DNA of 64,000 nucleotides, taken from an uncultured Holophaga sp. GTDB taxonomy: Bacteria > Acidobacteriota > Holophagae > Holophagales > Holophagaceae. Numbering within the stretch: position 1 is the stretch's first letter; every line of letters begins with the position of its first letter. A program made the position numbers and the translations under genes. This document shows positions 59,225 through 64,000 of this stretch, in pieces. The DNA lies in the NCBI GenBank assembly GCA_963664825.1, contig OY761614.1, positions 3,200,001-3,264,000 on the forward strand. The letters are read 5' to 3'. The notes beneath the pieces were generated by a model. The model worked only from the letters and a program-made list of their open reading frames with translations. It ran no database searches and was not told where the DNA came from.

Positions 59225-60554
59225 GGTTCTTCACGTTTTTCCGGGGAAGGCCGCACGGATCTTAAGGAAGAAGTAGCCCTCATCCCGGTAGCCGTAGGCG
59301 ATGCGCTTGAGGACTTTGATCTTGTTGTTGATCCCTTCCTGGACGCTGGTATTGAGCGGCCAGCGGCAATGGGAGAGGATTCCGTCGATCCGCTGGGCGA
59401 GATTCTTGGCGAACTTCACGAGGGGCTGGAGTCCACTTGAGGTGGCGAGTTCCATCCAGTTCTCCCAGGCCTTCAGAGCCCAGCCCTCCCGCGTGTAGCG
59501 CCACAGTGCCTTCAGGGCGTCTTTCAGCACGTAGGCGGTCATCAGAGGCTGGTTCGCGTCCAATAACTCGTTGAGGCGGACTTTGGCATCCCGATTCGGC
59601 AGGTTCTCCCAATTGCCCAGCAGGAGCCACTTCGCGCCCTTGACGAGCTCCCGCGAGGCCTTGTCGTGCCGGTATCGATTGGCCTCATCCACCCGGATCC
59701 GGTCGATGACGTCATGGCCGTACTTTGCCACGACATGAAACTGGTCGTAGACGATCTCGGCGTTGGGACAGCGCGCCCGGACTTCGCCTTCGAAGGCCGC
59801 CGACATGTCTATGCCCACGGCCTGGATCCGTTTGCAGCCCTTCTTCCCGATCAGATCGAAGAACGGGCGGATGTCCTCGCGGCCACGCCCTTTCCCGACC
59901 CAGAGCACGCGACGCGTTTCCGCATCCGTGATGACCGTGGCATAGCTCTGTCCCTTGTGGATGGCGAATTCGTCCATCAGAAGAAGCCTCGCCTTGCTCA
60001 GCTTCACGGGCCCAAGTTCTCGGTCCAGGTAAGCCTTGTCGATCGCCTTCACCGTGCCCCAGTGCAGGTCATAGTGCTCCGCGACCTGTTTGATGGGCAT
60101 GACCTTGCAAAGCCGCGCCACGCTCGCGGCAAGCCGGTTCGTGATCCGGGCATGGGGCTCCAACCAGTCCAGGGCTTCCAGCTTCGGGCCGCACCGGGGG
60201 CAGGCTACTCGAGCCCGCCACACCACTAGGACTGTGTCGGCGTCGAACAGCGGAAGGTCGCGGATCTCCCGCTCTGACCAGTCGTGGACGCTCCGCACGA
60301 AATGCCCACAACCGCTGCACTTCCGGGGATGATCGCCGAACCCAAGCAACTCGATCCACACCTCGGCCCGCGGCCCCTTCACCCCGGCTTCGAAGCGCTC
60401 CACGATTCCGACGCGTTGCCCTTTCCACCCGCCCAAGCGGGACATAAGCTCTTTGGTAGGCAGTGGCGGCCTCCTTCATCTCGAGTTCTCGACAAACCCA
60501 AGATGCCTGAAATCCGCCACTGCCGACCTACTTCACGCAAATCCGCGAAGAACC
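59225..60554 (-). mobile_element. ISL3-family insertion sequence, 1330 bp, complete
   Basis: Both ends begin GGTTCTTC as inverted repeats. AT-rich 8-bp direct repeat GAATTTTT at 59217-59224 and 60555-60562. Confidence 0.95.
59231..60463 (-). CDS. ISL3-family transposase (CTG start at 60463 proposed; first ATG at 60445)
   Basis: C..CG, R.IRDLP, C..CG zinc finger, MDEF, IDM, D.FHV and EG.NNKIK..KR.AYGYR motifs. Confidence 0.93.
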   Translation of the reverse strand: MPTKELMSRLGGWKGQRVGIVERFEAGVKGPRAEVWIELLGFGDHPRKCSGCGHFVRSVHDWSEREIRDLPLFDADTVLVVWRARVACPRCGPKLEALDWLEPHARITNRLAASVARLCKVMPIKQVAEHYDLHWGTVKAIDKAYLDRELGPVKLSKARLLLMDEFAIHKGQSYATVITDAETRRVLWVGKGRGREDIRPFFDLIGKKGCKRIQAVGIDMSAAFEGEVRARCPNAEIVYDQFHVVAKYGHDVIDRIRVDEANRYRHDKASRELVKGAKWLLLGNWENLPNRDAKVRLNELLDANQPLMTAYVLKDALKALWRYTREGWALKAWENWMELATSSGLQPLVKFAKNLAQRIDGILSHCRWPLNTSVQEGINNKIKVLKRIAYGYRDEGYFFLKIRAAFPGKT

Positions 60555-60572
60555 GAATTTTTGTAGGATTGG

Positions 60573-60608
60573 AGGGAAGGGGCCCGGATTTCCGGGCCCC
60601 TTCCCTTT
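60573..60608 (+). terminator. Intrinsic terminator, originally just downstream of hpf
   Basis: AGGGAAGGGGCCCGGA / TCCGGGCCCCTTCCCT 16-bp arms followed by TT. Confidence 0.75.
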
Positions 60609-60637
60609 GCGTTAGCCTGATCCTGGAGGAATCATTC

Positions 60638-61729
60638 GTGGTGTCGACGGCGGAAATCCTGGACAAGAGCCTCGCGGGGCGGCGCATCACGGAAGGGGAG
60701 GCTTTGTGCCTCTTCGAGGAGGCCGAGCTCCCGGAGTTGGCCTTGGCGGCGAGTTCCTGGCGGAACCGCCACAATGATCCCTCCCGGGTCAGTTATGTCG
60801 TGGATCGGAACGTCAACTACACCGATCTCTGCAATGTCCATTGCACCTTCTGCGCCTTCTACCACCCTGCCGGGGATCCCCGGGGCTATGTGCTGACCCG
60901 GGAACAACTGCGCCAGAAGGCGGAGGAGACCAAGGCCGTCGGGGGCACGGGCTTCCTGCTCCAAGGGGGCGTCAACCCTGATCTGCCCTGGGACTACTAT
61001 CTGGAACTGGTGCGCTTCCTCCACCAGGACCTGGGCCTCTGGGTCCATGGGTTCTCACCCGTGGAGATCCAGACGATGGCCACCTTGAGCGGCCAGAGCC
61101 TTCGGCAGACCTTAAGTGACCTTCGGGAGGCGGGCCTGGGCAGCCTTCCGGGAGGTGGGGCCGAGATTCTGGTGGAGCGCGTCCGCAGACGGATCGCTCC
61201 CAGGAAGGGAGGGCCCGAACGGTGGCTGGAGGTCATGGAGGCTGCCCACGAGATCGGCCTCCGCACCACGGGCACCATGATGTTCGGCATCGGGGAGACC
61301 CTCGGGGAGAGAGTGGAGCACTTCCGCGTGCTCCGGGAGCAGCAGGACCGAGCCCTAGCCCGCGAAAACGGTGGCTTCCACACGGCCTTCGCCGCCTGGC
61401 CCTTCCAGAGCGGACACACGGTCTGGGAAGGGAAGATCCCCCCGCCCACCGATGCTGAATATCTCAGAACCATCAGCATCGCCAGGATCTACCTCGATAA
61501 CTTCCCCCACATTCAAAGTTCCTGGGTCACCATGGGCCGCAAGACCGGTCAGTTAGCCCTTCACTACGGCTGCGACGACATGGGCAGCCTCATGCTGGAG
61601 GAGAATGTAGTGAGCGCCGCAGGAACCCAATATTCGGTCAACCGGGGGGAAATGGAGCGCATGATCCGGGCTGCGGGCTTCGAGCCCTGGCAGAGAGACA
61701 ACGGATATGGGAATGTGGCCTCATCCTGA
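60638..61729 (+). CDS. mqnC: Cyclic dehypoxanthinyl futalosine synthase (radical SAM, CofH/MqnC family)
   Basis: YVVDRNVNYT..C...C.FCAFY, LLQGG..P, PGGGAEIL, Q.SWVT.G and D.GS.MLEENVV.AAG. GTG start with GGAGG RBS. Confidence 0.88.
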   Translation: MVSTAEILDKSLAGRRITEGEALCLFEEAELPELALAASSWRNRHNDPSRVSYVVDRNVNYTDLCNVHCTFCAFYHPAGDPRGYVLTREQLRQKAEETKAVGGTGFLLQGGVNPDLPWDYYLELVRFLHQDLGLWVHGFSPVEIQTMATLSGQSLRQTLSDLREAGLGSLPGGGAEILVERVRRRIAPRKGGPERWLEVMEAAHEIGLRTTGTMMFGIGETLGERVEHFRVLREQQDRALARENGGFHTAFAAWPFQSGHTVWEGKIPPPTDAEYLRTISIARIYLDNFPHIQSSWVTMGRKTGQLALHYGCDDMGSLMLEENVVSAAGTQYSVNRGEMERMIRAAGFEPWQRDNGYGNVASS

Positions 61730-61762
61730 GGCCGCACGATCTCAGGGGTCGCGGAATTCCCT

Positions 61763-62077
61763 TCAGTGCACGACCTTGATCGTGGCCGTAAAGGTCTCCT
61801 GGGTGGAAGTCGTGTACGTGGCCCGGACCCGGTCGGAGCCAGGCGTGGAAGGGGCCGTGTAGACGCCCTGGGCGGTTACGCTGCCGCGGTCCGCACGCCA
61901 GGTGAAAAGCGTGCCTGGCAAGGGGGCTAGGCCAATGATCTTGAAGGCCTGGACTCGGTTGACCTGGAGGGTCGCGCTCGGGGGATCGATGTGGAGGGCG
62001 TCCCGGCGCCCTGGGGCGGCCTTGGGGGCCGAGCAGGCGATGCCAAAGAGGAGCAGGGAGGCCAACATTTTTTTCAC
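61763..62077 (-). CDS. Small lipoprotein with Ig-like domain
   Basis: MKK..LLLFGIAC lipobox-like signal. I.P...TL......F, W....G.....G.YTAP...G...V.AT pattern. Confidence 0.65.
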   Translation of the reverse strand: MKKMLASLLLFGIACSAPKAAPGRRDALHIDPPSATLQVNRVQAFKIIGLAPLPGTLFTWRADRGSVTAQGVYTAPSTPGSDRVRATYTTSTQETFTATIKVVH

Positions 62078-62213
62078 GGTGAGCTCCAGAGGGGGGTGGA
62101 GCCATCATACGCCCTTCTGAAGGGTGTCCCCGAGCGCCCAGGAACCGGCTACCCTAGGGGTCAGAGTCGGGCGCCGCAGCGGCGCGCCTTGAAAAGGAGC
62201 GGGGTCGGGTCGG

Positions 62214-64000
62214 ATGGAATGCAGGCGTAGTGATATCCGTTTCCGCACCTTCCTGGGGATTGGCTTGGTCCTGGGGCTCGCGTCTGCAGCCCGGGCTCAG
62301 GGCTCCTTGGCCACCTGTCCGGTCCTGCCCACGGGCGTCAGCTCGGTGACGGTGCTGGATTGCCGGGGCCGGTACGTGGGGCGGCTCCTGCCCCAGAAAC
62401 GCTACTGGGTCACCCTGGACCGGATCCCGGCCTTCCTCCAGCAGGCCTTGCTGGCGGTGGAGGACGCCCGCTTTTACGAGCACGGCGGCATCGATTTGCG
62501 CGGCATCGCCAGGGCCGCCGTGAAGGACCTGGTGAAGGGGAGGCTGGCCGAGGGGGGCTCCACCATCACCCAGCAGCTGATCAAGAACAAATTCCTCGAT
62601 GCCTCCCGCACCCTGGACCGCAAGCTCCGGGAAGCGGACATGGCCATGGATTTCGAGAAACGCTATTCCAAGCGGCAGATCCTGGAGATGTACTTCAACG
62701 AGATCGGCTTCGGCAACGGCGCCCAAGGCATTGCCCAGGCCACCCGGCTCTACTTCGACAAGAGTCCGGAGGAGCTCAATGAGGGCGAATGCCTTCTCCT
62801 GGCAGGCGTTCCCAAGAACCCGAGCCGCTACAACCCCTTCGGCAAGCCATCGGACGTGGTGCAGCGGCGTGAAATCGTCCTCAAACGCATGGAGGAGCTC
62901 CACATCCTCACGGCTCAGAAACGCCTGGAACTCCAGAGGCACGGCGCGGCGGCCCGAACTCTGGGGCAGGCGCCCCAGTACCTGGCCCAGCTCCGCACGG
63001 ACCTGACCGGGCGCCTGGGAGCCGAGGCCATCGAACGGGGCGGGTTCGAAGTGGTGGCCGCTCTGGATCTGGACTTGCAGAGGGCGGCCGAACAGGCCCT
63101 GCATGAAGGGGCTCGGCGCCTTGCGCCCGATATGCAGGGTGCGTTGCTGTGCATGGATCCGGCCTCCGGCGATGTGCTCGCGGCCGTGGGGGATGCCGAC
63201 GGGCTCCGAAACGCTCTCAACCGCGCCTTCGTCTCCAGGCGCCAGCCAGGCTCGGCCATCAAGCCCTTCATCTACGCCGCGGCCCTGGAACAGGGCATCA
63301 CCGAGACCAGCACCTGGAGCGATGTCCCCGTGGCCTACGACCGGGGAAACGGCCGCTCCTGGACGCCCAAGAATTACGGCGGCGAGCGCTTCGGGGAACT
63401 CTCCCTGCGCCAGGCCCTGGCCCACTCGGGCAATGTCATCACCGTGAAGGTGCTGGAGACCGTCGGCGTGCCAGCCTTCGTGGGGTTTGCCGAAAAGGCG
63501 GGCCTTGCGCTGCACGCCCGGAATGGCCTTTCCCTGGCCCTGGGCACCGATGAGGTCGCCCTGAAGGATCTGGTCCAGGCCTACACGCCCCTGGCCGCGG
63601 GAGGCGCGAGGGCTCAGGCCCGGACGATCCTGCGGATCTACGACCGCAGGCGCCAGGCCTGGATCGAAAATCCGCCGGTCGGGGTCGGCGTCATGTCTCC
63701 GGCCGCCGCCTTCATCACCACGCAGATGCTGAGGGATGTCCTGGCCTACGGAACCGCCAAATCGCTGCGCGCCTTCGGGGAGGCCCATGCCGCCGCCGGG
63801 AAGACGGGCACCACCGACGAGTGCCGGGACGCCTGGTTCGTGGGCTATACGCCGAACCTGGTGACGGGGGTCTGGGTGGGACACGACCGGCCGAGGCCCG
63901 AGGGACGGGGCTTCACCGGAGGCGCCATCGCCGCCCCCATCTGGGAACACTTCATGAAACGGGCCGTGGCCGCGAGACCCGCCGGGGATTTCCCCCGACC
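62214..64000 (+). CDS. Class A penicillin-binding protein (PBP1A family), truncated by window end
   Basis: Absent from the ORF track because there is no stop in the window. Translated by hand from ATG 62214: EDARFYEHGGID, GGSTITQQL, RK..E, RQPGSAIKP (SxxK), SGN, KTGT. Confidence 0.92.
   Translation, partial: MECRRSDIRFRTFLGIGLVLGLASAARAQGSLATCPVLPTGVSSVTVLDCRGRYVGRLLPQKRYWVTLDRIPAFLQQALLAVEDARFYEHGGIDLRGIARAAVKDLVKGRLAEGGSTITQQLIKNKFLDASRTLDRKLREADMAMDFEKRYSKRQILEMYFNEIGFGNGAQGIAQATRLYFDKSPEELNEGECLLLAGVPKNPSRYNPFGKPSDVVQRREIVLKRMEELHILTAQKRLELQRHGAAARTLGQAPQYLAQLRTDLTGRLGAEAIERGGFEVVAALDLDLQRAAEQALHEGARRLAPDMQGALLCMDPASGDVLAAVGDADGLRNALNRAFVSRRQPGSAIKPFIYAAALEQGITETSTWSDVPVAYDRGNGRSWTPKNYGGERFGELSLRQALAHSGNVITVKVLETVGVPAFVGFAEKAGLALHARNGLSLALGTDEVALKDLVQAYTPLAAGGARAQARTILRIYDRRRQAWIENPPVGVGVMSPAAAFITTQMLRDVLAYGTAKSLRAFGEAHAAAGKTGTTDECRDAWFVGYTPNLVTGVWVGHDRPRPEGRGFTGGAIAAPIWEHFMKRAVAARPAGDFPR

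Overview
A 64 kb stretch of a high-GC, Gram-negative bacterial chromosome. Gene content suggests an anaerobe or facultative anaerobe, tentatively Acidobacteriota/Holophagaceae-like; this is inference only. Main blocks in order: (1) an 11-gene lysine-degradation operon (kdd, class-III aminotransferase/Kat, kce, kamA, kamB, kamC, kamD, kamE, two CoA-transferase subunits, an SCP2-type thiolase) behind a candidate sigma-54 promoter, with no kal in the cluster; (2) a small PBP-like gene, an HExxH/SpoIID-like fusion gene and a GIY-YIG gene; (3) a complete IS4-family element in the 3' end of rpe; (4) methylmalonyl-CoA mutase large subunit, REC-HDOD and an orphan ftsW; (5) a minus-strand run of coaE-tldD in-frame fusion, divergent macrodomain, pmbA and a small RHH-like ORF; (6) sdhCAB, membrane pyrophosphatase, pyrD, prfC, rne, lptD, GGDEF, trxB; (7) recJ, a long LptC/LptA-like gene, lptB, rpoN, hpf, then a complete ISL3 element, mqnC and a PBP1A running off the window end. 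I found no rRNA, tRNA or CRISPR array. Best candidates for undescribed biology: the CoaE-TldD/macrodomain/PmbA unit, the Kat-type lysine pathway in this host, the PBP-like plus metallopeptidase-SpoIID pair, and a probable -1 recoding site that extends the IS4 transposase. All calls come from motif recognition by eye; no database searches were run.
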